DNA from: Mobula hypostoma
Taxonomy: Eukaryota
Reading direction: 5' to 3'
Assembly: GCF_963921235.1 (NCBI RefSeq)
Contig: NC_086097.1
Span: 4,712,001 to 4,776,000, forward strand
DNA length: 64,000 nucleotides
Made by a program: the position numbers and the translations under genes. Below the pieces are notes generated by a model. That model searched no databases. It was not told the DNA's origin and saw nothing but the letters and a program-made list of their open reading frames with translations. This document shows, one piece after another, positions 51,427-64,000 of this stretch. Each line of letters begins with the position of its first letter. Positions within the stretch are counted from its first letter, which is position 1.

Positions 51427-52715
51427 CTCCAAATCAGCTTCATTGATCACTTTGACATGTTTCGGAGAATTGAGATGTAACAGTGTATGGCCTATGGAGG
51501 AGTTAACAGAAGACCTGAAATGTGACAGTGCTATAAGTTATGCACTGAGGTCATTCTCATTTTTAATTTGTAGTTCAGCTTCAAGTTCACCTTTAATTGT
51601 CATTCAACCACGTAGATGAGTAGAGCCAAATGAAACAGCATTCCCCTGGAGTCAGGCTGCTAAACACCTACAGTCACACACCACACACAGCACATATAGT
51701 TATGATGGCAGAAAAATACATACAATCACAAAAAAATAATAGTATCCAAGTCCCTGAGTGGCATGGCCGGTAGATTGATGGTGTATGGGAAGTTGTCTTG
51801 GAGCTCCTCGCATTCTTCAGACTCCAGAAAAAGAAAAATATGTATGGATATCAATATTTGCAAAGCAGGATTGAAGTTACCTCTACCTTGTGTCGATGAA
51901 CAGGGAAGATGGTATTTAATTGTGTAGATGGGATGTAACATCAAGTGAGACATCATTCACTTATGTTCTATAGATACAACACAGTAACGAGCCCTTCAGG
52001 CCCAACGAGACTGCGTCACCAATTATACCCTTGTGACAAATTCACCCAGTAAACCATCCGTCTTTGGACTGTGGGAGGAAACCCACACAGTCACAAGGAG
52101 AACGTACACAGACCGTGGTGGGAAGATGATGATTTCACTGTCCCAGAAGGGAATTTCTTACACATAAATAGATTATTTAAATAAAAGTAATGCAATAGCA
52201 AAACCAAAACTCTATTTCTCAATGAAAATTTCAAGGAAAACCAAAGTCAATACACAATATCTCTTCTGCATTCATCATCATCATAGTCAGGTGCCGTGCC
52301 CAGTTTGAGCTTTGAATGCCATGGCCCACACACTCCTGTTTCGGGTCAAGTGGATCAATTCATTGGTATTCATTTCCAGTTCTCTGGCTGCTGTCTCCAT
52401 CATCATTTGTCTTTATCTTCCTCTTGCTTTCTTCCCTTCAATCTTTCCCATAATTACTGTGCATTCTAACCTCCTCTTTCCTAATCACATGTCCAATGAA
52501 GTTACGTTGCCTTTTCATGATCTCATACATTATTTCTCTTTTTGTGTTTGCTCTGTTCATGACATCCTCATTAGATATTTGTTTCGTCCATGATATTCTT
52601 TGTATCCTCCTCAAAAACCATGTCTCTGCTGCTTCAATTCAATTCCTCATGTTATTAGATATTGTCCAACATTCTGAGCCATATAACATAACTGGATAAA
52701 CGTAACATTTCAGTA

Positions 52716-52920
52716 ACACACATCAAAGTTGCTGGTGAATGCAGCAAGCCAGGCAGCATCTCTAGGAAGAGGTACCGTCGACATTTCGGGCCGAGACCTT
52801 TCGTCAGGACTAACGAAGGGTGCACCAATTCCTAGAGATGCTGTCTGGCCTGCTGCATTCACCAGCAACTTTGATGTGTGTTGCTTGAATTTCCAGCATC
52901 TACAGAATTCCTTGTGTTTG
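52716..52920. mobile_element. 205-bp fold-back Penelope-derived insertion with a 15-bp TSD
   Basis: TSD CGTAACATTTCAGTA / CATAACATTTCAGTA at 52701 and 52921. Inverted arms at ~52715-52768 and 52829-52882 surround a minus-strand hammerhead motif (~52777-52811). Confidence 0.9.
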
Positions 52921-54100
52921 CATAACATTTCAGTACTCTGAGGCGGGTTGTCATGCCTAGTTTAGTATTGGTCAGTATACTCTTCATTCTCGTAAAGGTG
53001 TCTTTTGCCATCCCTATTCTTCTTTTAATGTCTGCGTCGCACCTGCCATCTGATGTCACCCAGCTTCCTAAGTAGCAGAAGTTCTGTACTTGTTTTATGT
53101 CTTCCCCATTTATGCTTAGCCTGCAGATAGGATTCTCCTTCTTTTTGGATATCACCATACATTCTGTCTTTTTGCAGTTGATAGATAGACCCATTTTTGC
53201 ACTTTCTTGAACAATTATATCAATTAAGTTTTGCAGTTCTTCCTCCATACTTACAATTAACACAGTGTCATCTGCATATCTGAAATTATTGATGGTTTCA
53301 CCGCCAACTTTGATTCCCAAGATGTCTCTTATTTTTTGTAATATTGTTTCACTGTACACATTAAACAAATCAGGGGAGAAAACACACCCTTGTCTAACGC
53401 CTCTCTTGATTTTTGTAAACTGACTCACTTCTCTATCTATACTTACAGCGGCAGTTTGTTCCCAGTACAGATTTCTGATTAGGTGGAGGTCTTTTGAATC
53501 TAGATCTAGAGTTTTCTGTAATATTTCAAATAACTTATTGTGCTTCACTTTATTAAATTCTTTTGTGTAATCGATAAAACAAACAAACAAATCTTTTTGC
53601 ACTTGAATAGCTCGTTCTGATAGTATCCTTAACATCAATATTACGTTTCTTGTACCTTTGTCTTTCACAAATCCACATTGTTCTTTACCTATTTCAGCTT
53701 GTATCTTACTTTTAGCTCTTGTCATCAAAATTCTTAGAAGTATCTTGGTGATATGTCTCATTAAACTTATGGTCCTATGTAATTCACATTCTATTACTCC
53801 AGGTTTCTTAGGAAGAGTGATAAATACTGATTTTTTCATCTCTTCTGGTATTATTCCAGTCCCATAAATGTCATTGATTAAATCAGTAAGTTTTTCAATT
53901 CCATAATCTTCAAGGGCGATAATTTGTTCTATTACTAATTCATCAGGACCTGCTTCCTTTCCTTTCTTCATCTTAATTATTGCATTACAAACTTCAGATT
54001 TTAAGATACTTAGACCTTCAATGTTTTTCTTAATTGCTGGTTTTTCACCTCGGTCGTCTTCAAACAATTCCTGAATATACTCAGTCCATCTGTTCACAAT

Positions 54101-54716
54101 GGGAGGAGAAGATGGCGGCATGCCTGCGCGTGCGCAGCTCTCCGGTGAAAATGATATTGTATCAGTTAAATAGGGGCCGTGGACAATTCTGATTTGATGG
54201 AGAATGGATGTGAAACCACAGAGGAACATCTGGAGAAATCTCTGAAATGCCCGTTCGCTGCTGTCGTTACTGTGTGGTCGGGAATCTTTGGAGGGTAGGC
54301 CTCAAAATCCCCGGCCTTGCCAGCTTTTGGCGACCAAGAAAGAGGTCGAATCGCTCGGACAGAGATTGCGCTCAGTACTCGGTGTCGGAGGGCTGATCGG
54401 AGCTCGAAGTTTTCGGATGACTCAGAATCGGATTGTGGTCGGTATGGCACGGAGAGTTTTTCTTCCCTCTCTCGTCTGCGTGAGATGTGGGACATTTGAG
54501 AAACTTTGAACTTTACTGTGCTCACAGACTTTCTTCATCAAGTTATGGTATTGTGCACTGTTATAACTATATATGTAATTATGTGGTTTTATTAGTTTTT
54601 TCAGTCTTGGTCTGTCCTGTGTTTTGTGATATCACACCAGAGGAAATAATGTATCATTTCTTAATGCATGCATAACTAAATGACAATAAAAGGGGACTAC
54701 GTGTCTTCATAATCTA
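54101..54716 (+). mobile_element. Non-coding, non-autonomous retroelement with a Rex-like 3' end, inserted in the RTE
   Basis: Cleanly splits the RTE ORF (ttcacaat|gtcaac). It starts with AAGATGGCGG and ends aaatgacaataaa...aatctaat. Confidence 0.75.
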
Positions 54717-54782
54717 ATGTCAACTTTTTCCATAATAATGGTACCGTCCTTTGCTTTCAAACATCCACCTGAAGAACAGAGG

Positions 54783-54882
54783 TGACCTGATGAAGGGTCT
54801 CGGCCTGAAACGTCGACTGCACCTCTTCCTATAGATGCTGCTTGGCCTGCTGCGTTTACCAGCAACTTTGATGTGTGTTGCT
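54783..54882 (+). mobile_element. 100-bp Penelope-derived hammerhead insertion with a 13-bp TSD
   Basis: TGAAGAACAGAGG occurs at 54770-54782 and 54883-54895. The insert contains CTGATGA-agggtctcggcct-GAAA-cGTC-gactg. Confidence 0.9.
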
Positions 54883-55644
54883 TGAAGAACAGAGGAGCTT
54901 TTTACCTGTGATATTCTTGATTTCTTGATGCAACCTTTTTAGATGAGTAATAGGGATTCTTTCTCTTTGCTCACATTCCTGGTTTAACCACTCTTCTTTG
55001 GCTTTTAATTTTCTGCATTAATGACCAAATTTAAATAAATGAAAATAATACTGCAGAAACGGTAATTAAATATAATCTATTTTGCTCCTGGGAAATCTGT
55101 GCTATAAACCTGTACAGTTATTGTCCTCATGTGGATGAAGTGACTGAAGACAGGAAGGGCGCACTGTTGTTTCTACATGAAATGAATGACAGATTTCCCT
55201 ACGAGTTTCTATGTTGCCCCTAGCTATTGTCAGAAAGAACAGTGTTCTAACTGCTTTTGTTAAATGTATGCATAATTTGGTAATTTCCTGAAAGTTTTAC
55301 AGCAGCCAGTTGCTTCTAGTGCTCTGTTGGATCTAACCCAGATAACATTAACAACAAATAATTTGGTTATACCAAGCAAATATATATCTTGAATTATTTA
55401 TTTAGTAGTAATTTTGTAGCCTATTCTTATGAAAAGGAGGTAGTGATATCAGGTACACCCAATGGAGTATATTTAGACCATCTTAGTGAAGAAAGGTTGA
55501 AAATAATTGTGTTACTAATGTTTGAAGGTGTAATAGGAATCAGTCCCATGCCAATGAGAAAGATCAGCATCCCTGATAGTGACAAATTTCTCAGAGTAGA
55601 AACATAACTGAATGATAATTTACACTGACAAGAGATGTCAGAGA

Positions 55645-55955
55645 CTACCGCAGCATAGAAACAGGCCCTTCGACCCATCTAGTCCATGCCAAACTATTAC
55701 TCAGCCTAGTCCCATTCACCTGCACATGGACAACAGCCCTCCATGCACCTATCAAAATTTCTCTTAAATGTTGAAATTGAACCCACATCCACCATTTGTG
55801 CTGGCAGCTCATTCCACACTCTCACCGCCATCTGAGTGAAGAAGTTTCCCTTCAGGTTCTCCTTAAACATTTCACCTTTCACCCTTATGCCATAACCTCT
55901 AGTTGTAGTTTCACCCAATCTCGGAGGAAAAGGCCTTCTTGCATTTACCCTATCG
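55645..55955 (-). mobile_element. CR1 3' fragment; similar fragments at ~47820-48025(-), 50212-50735(+), 62050-62360(+) and 63555-63905(-)
   Basis: TRG...KGNFFTQ..VRVWNELP peptide and the 3' hairpin gggtcgaagggcctgt. Confidence 0.8.
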
Positions 55956-58268
55956 CCCTCATTTGAGGGCACTATGAAGAACCAGGTTTGGAATTACTAT
56001 TTCTAAATTTTAAAATACTGACCAAGATTGCAGATGGCTCAATATGGTAATGAATTTGATTGGAACGAAACCTCATCATATACACAGATTCAAAATATTA
56101 TTGTACCAGTTTTTTATGAGAAACTTTTAATGAAAATTCAGCCTATATTTTTCTTTCATTTATAGCAACAAATGTGTTACAACTTCAGTGTAAATTGCAA
56201 CAGTTGAAAGTTTGCAAACTTTATGTATGTTTATAAGAGATACAGTGTGGAACAGGCTCTTCCAGACCAATGGACCGCCCCGCCCAGCAGTCCACTTACT
56301 CACCCCTGGCCTAATCTCGGGACAATTTACAATGACCCATTAACCTGCATACTGGTACAGCTTTGGACTGTGGAAGGAAACCCACGCGGTCACAGGGAGG
56401 GGCATACAAGCTCCATACAGATGGAGCCAGAATTGAACTCTGAACTCTGTAGCATTGGGCTAGCTACAACGCCACCATAGTGTCCCATCGAGGTGCATGT
56501 CACAAACACAGGAAATTTTGCAGGTACTGGAAATCCAAAGCAAAACAGACAAAATGCTGGAGGAACTCAGCAGGCCAGGCAGCATGTATGGAAAAGAGTA
56601 ACTAGTTGATGTTTTGGGCTGAGACCCTTCATCAGGAACATGCAGGTTTGGTTTACTGCAATGAAGTACTTTTGGCGTTAAGTTTGAAAATTACAAAATC
56701 AGCGTTTCAGTTTATCTCGCGTGTTTCTCAGTTTCTATTAAAGGCTCATTTGGTAAGGATCTAATCAGTGGTTATAAGGAAACTACTACAGCTGACAGAA
56801 ATGGAGATGACTCCTCAGCGGCAGGGTGCGGTAATTATGTTAATCTATTCGCATCTGGCAAGCCATTAGTTTAATGTCACAGACAATGATTTAGAAATAA
56901 ATTCTTGGTGGATCCAGAATGAAGATTCATTTATTGTATCCTGAAACCTGGAAACCTCACAATCCATTTTGCTGATTTTCTGCATTGCACTTCATGGATT
57001 GATGCTTCAGAAAACAGAACACAATTTATACTTGACTTTTCTACCGCCAAATCTTATCAAGTGAATCTAAAGGAGTGAAGAAACACCCAGAAAGAACTTT
57101 AATAAACTACTTCCGATTACATTCAGATTTTGTCTTCTTCTTTCATGTAAGTATAAAGAAAGATTCAAGATTCAAGCAGCACATACAAAATGCTAGAGGA
57201 ACTCAGTAGGCCAGGCAGCATCTAGGCAAAGTGTACAGTGGACATTTCAGGCCGAAATCCTTCGGTGGGACTCTGCATTTTTGTGTGTTGCTCCGATTTC
57301 CAGTACCTGCAGATTTTCTTTTGTTTGTGATTCAAGATTCAAGATTGTTTAATGTCAAGAGTAAAGGAGAACAAATAATTGTTTACTGGATCTGATGCAG
57401 CACAAAAAAAAGCAATAAGATAAAGAACATAATAATAAAAAAACACAATAAACATAAATATATCAGATAGCTTATATACTTAGATTTATTGTATTCCATA
57501 AAGTGACTCTAGACGCAGGAGTGTCTGTACATAAGGTGACTCTGACAGGAAATGATAAAGTAGTGGTGATTGGGAATGTGGTGGGTAGGTTAGCGGGTGG
57601 AGCTGTTGATCAGCCTTGCTGCTTGGGGAAAATAACTGTTTTTGAGTCTGGTGGTCCTGGATGGATGCTACGTAACCTCCTCCCTGATGAGAGTGGGAGT
57701 AACACCATCCTTCATGAAGTTACTGGCCCTTTTCTGACATATTTCTGTGTATATGTCCTTGATGGTGGGTAGGTTTGAGCGGGTGATGCGTTGAGTAGTT
57801 TTGACTACCCACTGTGGAGCCTTCCTGTCCGCTGCAGTGCAGTTTCCATACCGCGCAGTGACGCTGCACGTTAGGGTACTCTCTACCGCACATCTGTAGA
57901 AAGACTTTGAGCGTAGTCCAGCTCTCTTCAGCCTGCTCAGAAAGCAGAGGTGTTGGTGTGTAGAATATGTATAAGTGGTTGTGCGTGATGAAAAATATAA
58001 CATCTCTGAGAGGAATCTTATTGTGAAGTTGTGAAATTTGCTGTGATTTGTTCTGTGGTCTGGCACGGATGGCGACAATATGGACAATCTTACATGTTCC
58101 ACATGTCGAACAAATGGCCTCTGCCAATCCCATTGAGTCCTGGCCACTGTCTTTGGGGAGGTTAAAGCCAGGAATCTCTGTTAGCGATCAGGTGTTGAGG
58201 TGTTTGCTTTCTCTGTTGAATTCATCACACATCGATCAGGACATGTCTACAGAAAGCTGCCAGAAAAA

Positions 58269-58403
58269 GGCCAATAACATCATAAAGGACCCCACTCACC
58301 CGGCCAATAACATCATAAAGGACCCCACCCACCCGGCCAATAACATCATAAAGGACCCCACCCACCCGGCCAATAACATCATAAAGAACCCCACCCACCC
58401 GGC
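58269..58403 (+). repeat. 33-bp tandem repeat x4 within a Rex-type fragment
   Basis: ggccaataacatcataaaggaccccacccaccc starts at 58269, 58302, 58335 and 58368 and encodes ANNIIKDPTHP. Confidence 0.95.
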
Positions 58404-59522
58404 TCATGGACTGCTTGTCGCACTTCCGTCAGGAAGGAGGCTACGTAACATCCACGCCAGAGTCACCAGACTCAAAAACTGTTACTTTTCCTATAACTCA
58501 GGACCTCGAGTCCTAGCAACATTCTTGTAAGTATTCTTTGACTTTTCCAGATTATAGATACGTCTTTAAGACGTGACTGCATAAAATTATATGATTTCAG
58601 TTATTAACACAAGAAAGCCTGCAGAAGCACACACGCAAAATGCTGGAGGAATTCCGCAGACCAGACGACATCAAAGGAAAAGGATTAGCAGCGGATGTTT
58701 TGGACTGAGAGCCTTCTTCAGAAGAGTGTTCATTTATTTATTTAGCAATACAGTGCCCTTCCAGCCCAACAAGCCACCCCACCAGCAACCCATCTATTCA
58801 AACCTAGCCTAATCGCAGTAAAGTTCACAATGAACAATTAATCTAATAACCGGTATGTCCTTGGACCGTGGGGGAGAACCAGACCATCCGTGGGACACCC
58901 ATGCGTTTCATGGGTAGAACATACAAGTTGCTTAGAAATGGTGCTGGAATTTCAGAGTGCGCTGTGCTGTAACCGAGTTGCTGTAACCACCACTCCACTG
59001 CGGTGATCTTCATACATTGTCAAACAAGGCTCTGCTGTTTGGTTTCAGAAGGTTTTCCTGCATTAAACGATGACTTATTGTTATCTGGTGCTCAGTTATC
59101 TCAGTTATAGTGGTTGCGACAATAAACCCACAGGCACCACACTGGCCTTGGCACAAGGATATGGTTGTTTGTGAGAGTAATACAAAACTGTGTTACAGAA
59201 ATGTGAGCATTATTTTACTTCTAGTTACAGCAAAGTAATGGGCCTTCCGGTCCAATGAGCCCACACTGGCCAGTCACACCCATGAGACCAGTTAACACAT
59301 TGACCCATACACCTTTGACATGTGGGAGGATACTGAGCACCCGGCCACGGGGAGAACATACAAACTCAGTATTCAACCTAAGTTTATTATCCAAGTACAT
59401 ACAGTATATCTCACCATATGCAACCCTGTGATTCATTTTCACAAGCGAAGTCACAATAATAGATAAATAAGCAACAAATATTGTGAACATAAGGATGAAG
59501 GGTTCCTGAAAGTGAGTCCATA

Positions 59523-59589
59523 CTGTACTGTGCAAAAGCCTTAGGCACATATATGTAGCTAGGGTGGCTAAGATTTTTGCACACTGCTG
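59523..59589. mobile_element. 67-bp Tc1/mariner-type MITE; partial relatives at ~37232-37276 and ~37405-37430
   Basis: TA-CTGTACTGTGCAAAAGCCTTAGGCAC...GTGGCTAAGATTTTTGCACACTGCTG-TA. The 26-bp TIRs match at 20/26 positions and are flanked by a TA TSD. Confidence 0.75.
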
Positions 59590-61364
59590 TAGTAATTTTA
59601 CGTATTGCACTGTACAGCTGCCACAAAAAAAAACACAAATTTCATGACCTATGTGAGTGATGATAAACCTGATTCTGATAGGGGTCTCTGTTGTGGACTG
59701 AGAGTGGGAAGGGGTTTCTCCACTTGCTCCTACAGCTTCACATGACCCTGACCGTGGGGGGCGGGCTAAGCAGGTGCGACACCTTGCCCAAGGGTGACTG
59801 CAGGCCGGCAGAAGGAAGGAGCAGTGTACACCTCCTTTGGTAGAGACGTATCTCCACCCCACCACCTCGAATGTTGGGTAGCTGAGTGAATAGGCAAGAA
59901 TATGGCAGGTACAGTTCAAAGTGGTAAACTACACAATACACAATGCAAACTACTAGCTTCTCCACTTGACATACTTCTTCTGAACCACAAACGCTGCTGT
60001 CTGCAGCTTGTAATTTCCTTTTAAGTGATGCACATACTTTTGAATCATTGGAACGTGAACTCCAGAGGGATTTGGCAAGGTTAATTCTCAAGAACGCAGG
60101 TATGGCCGGGGTGGCCGTCGCTGGGGGCAGTCACTGCACTGAGGCCTGACAGCGGAAGACAAACCCCAGCTCAGCTCCAATACTTGGCACTGATTAAACC
60201 ATTGAGCAAGATTGGAATCATTGAGGCCGAGAGTGGTTCAGTGCCATCTGCCTGCGTTTGATCGGTTTCCCTCTCTTCTCACTGCTGACGTTGGGTGGGA
60301 GGAGCACGAGTCCTGGGTCCCACTCCGTCAAGTTCAGGTGCAGTTGTTACCCTGCAGCCATTGGGTTCCTGGACCCGGACAGACCTCGCTCGCCTCAGTA
60401 CTGAACGGGCTCCGAGAGTGTCGACTCACATTCGGGACTCTGCAGTTCATCTCCGATATATTACTTGTTTACTTTTTAAACTATTTGTGGGATCCAATGT
60501 CCTCTTTTTGCACAGTGGGTATGTGGTGATCTTGGTAGTGTGTGACTTTTCATGGGTTTGATTGTGTTTCTTTGTTTTGTGGTTGCCTACAAGAAGACGA
60601 ATCTCAAGCTTGTGTATGGTATACATACTTTGATAATAAATTTGAACTTTCACTTTTGAACTTTGAATGTATAAAAAATGTAAAGTTATAAACTGTGATG
60701 CACAAAAGAGATTTTCTAAATGTAGTAATGTTGAGTAATGTTGGTACAAGAGGATCTGATGATCTCCTCGTTCAGATAATCAAAACAGATTATCAGCACC
60801 AGTAAAAACACAATTGGGCTGAAAGCTGTTTTTCTGTTCTGTAAGTTGATATAATTCTAACCTGATGTTTGTAGGGAGCCTAGTTATCATTGCCTATCAT
60901 TTTGGAGTACAAATGCTTCATATTTAAATGGTTCTCCTGAATTATTTGGCGCTGTACATGTGAGCATATTTTTAGATTGTTACTTTGATTAAATGGGTGG
61001 TGTGGATTGTAAATCATAATTATGATATGGAAAGGACCCACTAAAAATAGCAAAGTTTGTTCGTAAAGGTCGAATGACTGGATATACCTTGTTCCTGTGC
61101 ATCACTGAAAAAAACAAGAAGAATAAAAGGTTTTGGCCATGTTACATTCTTTAAGAGATTACTCAAATCCATCTCCACACACAGTTTACCAGAATTCATC
61201 AGCCTTATTTATTTCTTTGTTTTTTTTTGTATCTTTACACCTTAGGGTGGCAGGGTGGAGAACACGTCCCTACCAAAGGAGGTGTAAGGTACTCCTTCCC
61301 TCCACTAGCCTGCAGGTCACCCTCAGGCAAGTGTAGCACCTGCTGAGCAGACCCTCCCCCGGAT

Positions 61365-61975
61365 CAGGATCTTCTTTTCTTCTTGACTAGGTCTACAACA
61401 GCCTTCGCACACCACGGATCTTGTACCCTACCATCCTTTCTATGTCTCATTGGAATGTACCTACTCAGAACCCCACACAAATATCCCTTGAACATTTGCC
61501 ACATTTCTTCCGTATGTTTCCTTGAGAACATCTGTTTCCAATTTATGCTTCCAAGTTCCTGCCTGATAGCCTTATTGATAGCCTTATATTTCCCCTTACT
61601 CCAATTAAACATTTCCCTAACTTGTCTGTTCCTATCCCTCTCCAATGCTATGGTAAAGGAGATAGAATTATGATTACTATCTCCAAAATGCTTTCCCACT
61701 GAGAGATCTGACACCTGACCAAGTTCATTTCCCAATACCAGATCAAGTACAGCCTCTCCTCTTGTAGGCTTACCTACATACTGTGTCAGGAAACCTTCCT
61801 GAACACACCTAACAAACTCCACCCCATCTAAACCTCTCACTCTAGGGAGATGCCAATCAATAAAAATTAAAATCTCCCACCACAGCAACCCTGTTGTAAT
61901 TACACCTTTCCAGAATCTGTCTCCCTGTCTGCTCCTCAATGTCCCTGTTACTATTGGGTGGTCTATAAAAAATCC
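61365..61975 (-). mobile_element. CR1 ORF2 endonuclease-region fragment
   Basis: YRPPNS, VGDFN, PTRGEAVLDLVLGN and GDSNHNSI motifs. Confidence 0.88.
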
Positions 61976-64000
61976 ATTCTAGCTTCCTCCTGAGATTCTG
62001 ACCTGAAAGAAACCAGTCATCTAAGTTGATACATTTCACCTGATATCTAACACCAGAGGGCATGCACATAAGGTGAGATGGGGGTAATATCAAAGGAGAT
62101 GTGAGAGGGAAGTTTTTTTACACAGAGAGAGTTGGGTGTCTGGAACGTGCTGCCTGGGGTGGTGGTAGAGGCAGATATATTAGGGATTTTTAAGAGACGT
62201 TTAGATAGGCAGATGAATGTGAGGAAAATGGAAGGATATAGACAGTGTGTGGACAGAGGGGATTAGTTTAGTTGGCTATTTGCTGACTAATTTAATTGGT
62301 TTAGTACAATATTTTGGGCCGAATGGTCAATTCCTGTGTGTACTGTTTTATGTTCTATGTTAGAAAATGGCAGCGAGGACTGGAAACAGTAAAGGCCACA
62401 GGATCAGAAAACATCCATTCTGATACTGAAGATCTAATACTGAAGATCTGTGCTCCAGAATGAGGATATATATGGTGTGCTTTAGGATCCTTCACATTGT
62501 TATTGCAAGGGGTGGTAATGGGGTAATGGGGACAAGCTCTCACTACCAATTAAATGCTTCAAAATGGCATGCTGCTCAAATAGCCTCTGACAAGCAAGTC
62601 CAGCTCCTGGCCTTCACGTGTGGCTTAGATACTAAGCCCAGCAGAACCGTTTCTACTGACAGGAGAAGAGGCAAGGTCGGGTTACTGATACTTTAAAACC
62701 AATCGTTTTGGGCAGATGGGGCTTTTCAGCTGTGATTGGCAGCATGGAGAAAGAAAACTCTGATCTCAAACCTCTGCTGCCTTGTGGCTACACCCACTCA
62801 AGACGAAAGCCTCGAGAGTAATCCCACGCCAGAGCTGGAGTCCCTAAGGCAGTGCTACAGTGAACTCAACGGTGATTGACAATTCTTGCGATGCCACTGG
62901 TGCCAAACTGTATCGGTCTCTGCCATTCTCTGGATTCAGCAGCTGTGTGGAGATGGGGAGCCTGCTACATGGGCAACAGCTTGCCCTCCATATCGTACTA
63001 CCCTGGGTTGCATACTGTCTTGCGTATTACACAGACAGCTGGCATGCAGCATCCATGGTTGACCTCAACCAGTGGAGGGCCTTGATATATAGAAATAAGT
63101 CATGTAAAAGGAAAAAAAATCGTGACGTAGCGTACAAGGTTCATTGCCAATTCAGAAATTTGATGGCAGACAATGAACCCACATACGCTATGTCACTGCA
63201 CACATCTATCAGTAAAATGGCGGAAATTGATGAGGCTATGAACCTGTACTTTCTCACAGATAACCTCACACCAATGCCCATTAGGGTGTTGCTATGATGA
63301 TATGATTCCAGATGTCATCATCTAACTCCAGACCAAAGAATTCCAGATGTGTGATTACACTAAAGCATTATTTGGTGGAGTGTGGCTTTAAGTCTCCTTG
63401 GTAGATCTGTAGTCATTGAGTAAAAGGACGAGGAGGCAGTCCTGTATTGAAGTCATATTTTACACAATGAAAAGTGGAGGTCTAGATCATCAATGTTAGA
63501 GTTCCTCACAGCAGTGTCCCAGGACAAACATGTTCTTCTGCTTCCAATATTAATCAGAGTCACAGAAAAGTAAAGCACAGCAACAAGCCCTTTGGACCAT
63601 CTGGTCTCTGCTGAACCATTTAAACTGCCTACTCTCATTGACCCGCACCGGGACCATAGCCCTCCATACCTCTGCCAACCATGTACCTATCCAAACTTTT
63701 CTTCAACATTGAAGTCAAGCTTGCATGCACCACTTGTGCTGGCATCTCTTTCTATACTCTCATCACCCACTGAGTGAAGAAGTTTCCCCGCATGTTACGC
63801 TTAAACTTTTCACCTTTCACCTTTAACCCCTGACTTCTGTTTGTATTCCCACTCAACCTAGTGGAAAAAGTCTGCTTGCATTTACCCTGTCTATACCCCT
63901 CATAATTCAGAATTGTGAATATTCACTCCACTTGATGCTCAGTTCTATTTAATATTCCTCGACCAACGAGGCAGCTCTCAACTTAGTGTGCAGGAGCACC

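Larger units (their letters stand above)
52272..55017 (-). mobile_element. 5'-truncated RTE-clade LINE with three nested insertions
   Basis: HRTISL, EQCGF, CFIDY, GVRQGC..SP.LFN, RYADD and YLGS motifs, with a (GAT)n tail at 52273-52283. The frame resumes at 54717 (KAKDGTIIMEKVDI|VNRW). Confidence 0.92.

Noticed and set aside
52859..54229. 456-aa ORF as an intact RT gene
   Set aside because: Chimeric: the N-terminus comes from the 54101 insert and the C-terminus from the Penelope insert, with an RTE RT remnant between them.
58269..58403. CRISPR-like array (also 26985-27292 and 51303-51426)
   Set aside because: Head-to-tail repeats without unique spacers, in eukaryotic repeat-rich context, with no cas genes.
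59221..59919. 232-aa minus-strand ORF
   Set aside because: Spans a patchwork of SINE, Rex-tail and MITE fragments and has no domain signature.
3420..64000. GPR65 or another host gene upstream of GALC, expected from mammalian synteny
   Set aside because: No seven-transmembrane ORF or other recognisable host exon was found in the window.

Overview
Eukaryotic genomic DNA, most likely from a cartilaginous fish (inferred from HE1/V-SINE-like, CR1, Rex/Babar and Penelope repeat content). The only host gene I can support is GALC (galactocerebrosidase) on the minus strand: coding exon 1 (3052-3207), exon 2 (184-252) and a CpG-island promoter. The remaining ~60 kb is repeat-rich sequence upstream of GALC. 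It includes a decayed Gypsy LTR retrotransposon (5625-~18426) carrying five nested insertions, one of them a young full-length CR1 LINE. There are also Hero-type RLE, Rex/Babar, RTE, CR1, V-SINE and Tc1-MITE pieces. The most notable signal is about 15 Penelope-derived minimal hammerhead ribozyme motifs (stem-CUGAnGA-stem-GAAACGUC-stem). Several occur as very short (92-205 bp) insertions with clean 13-15 bp target-site duplications or as fold-back units. Repeat family names come from motif recognition only; no database search was run, and boundaries of old repeats are approximate.
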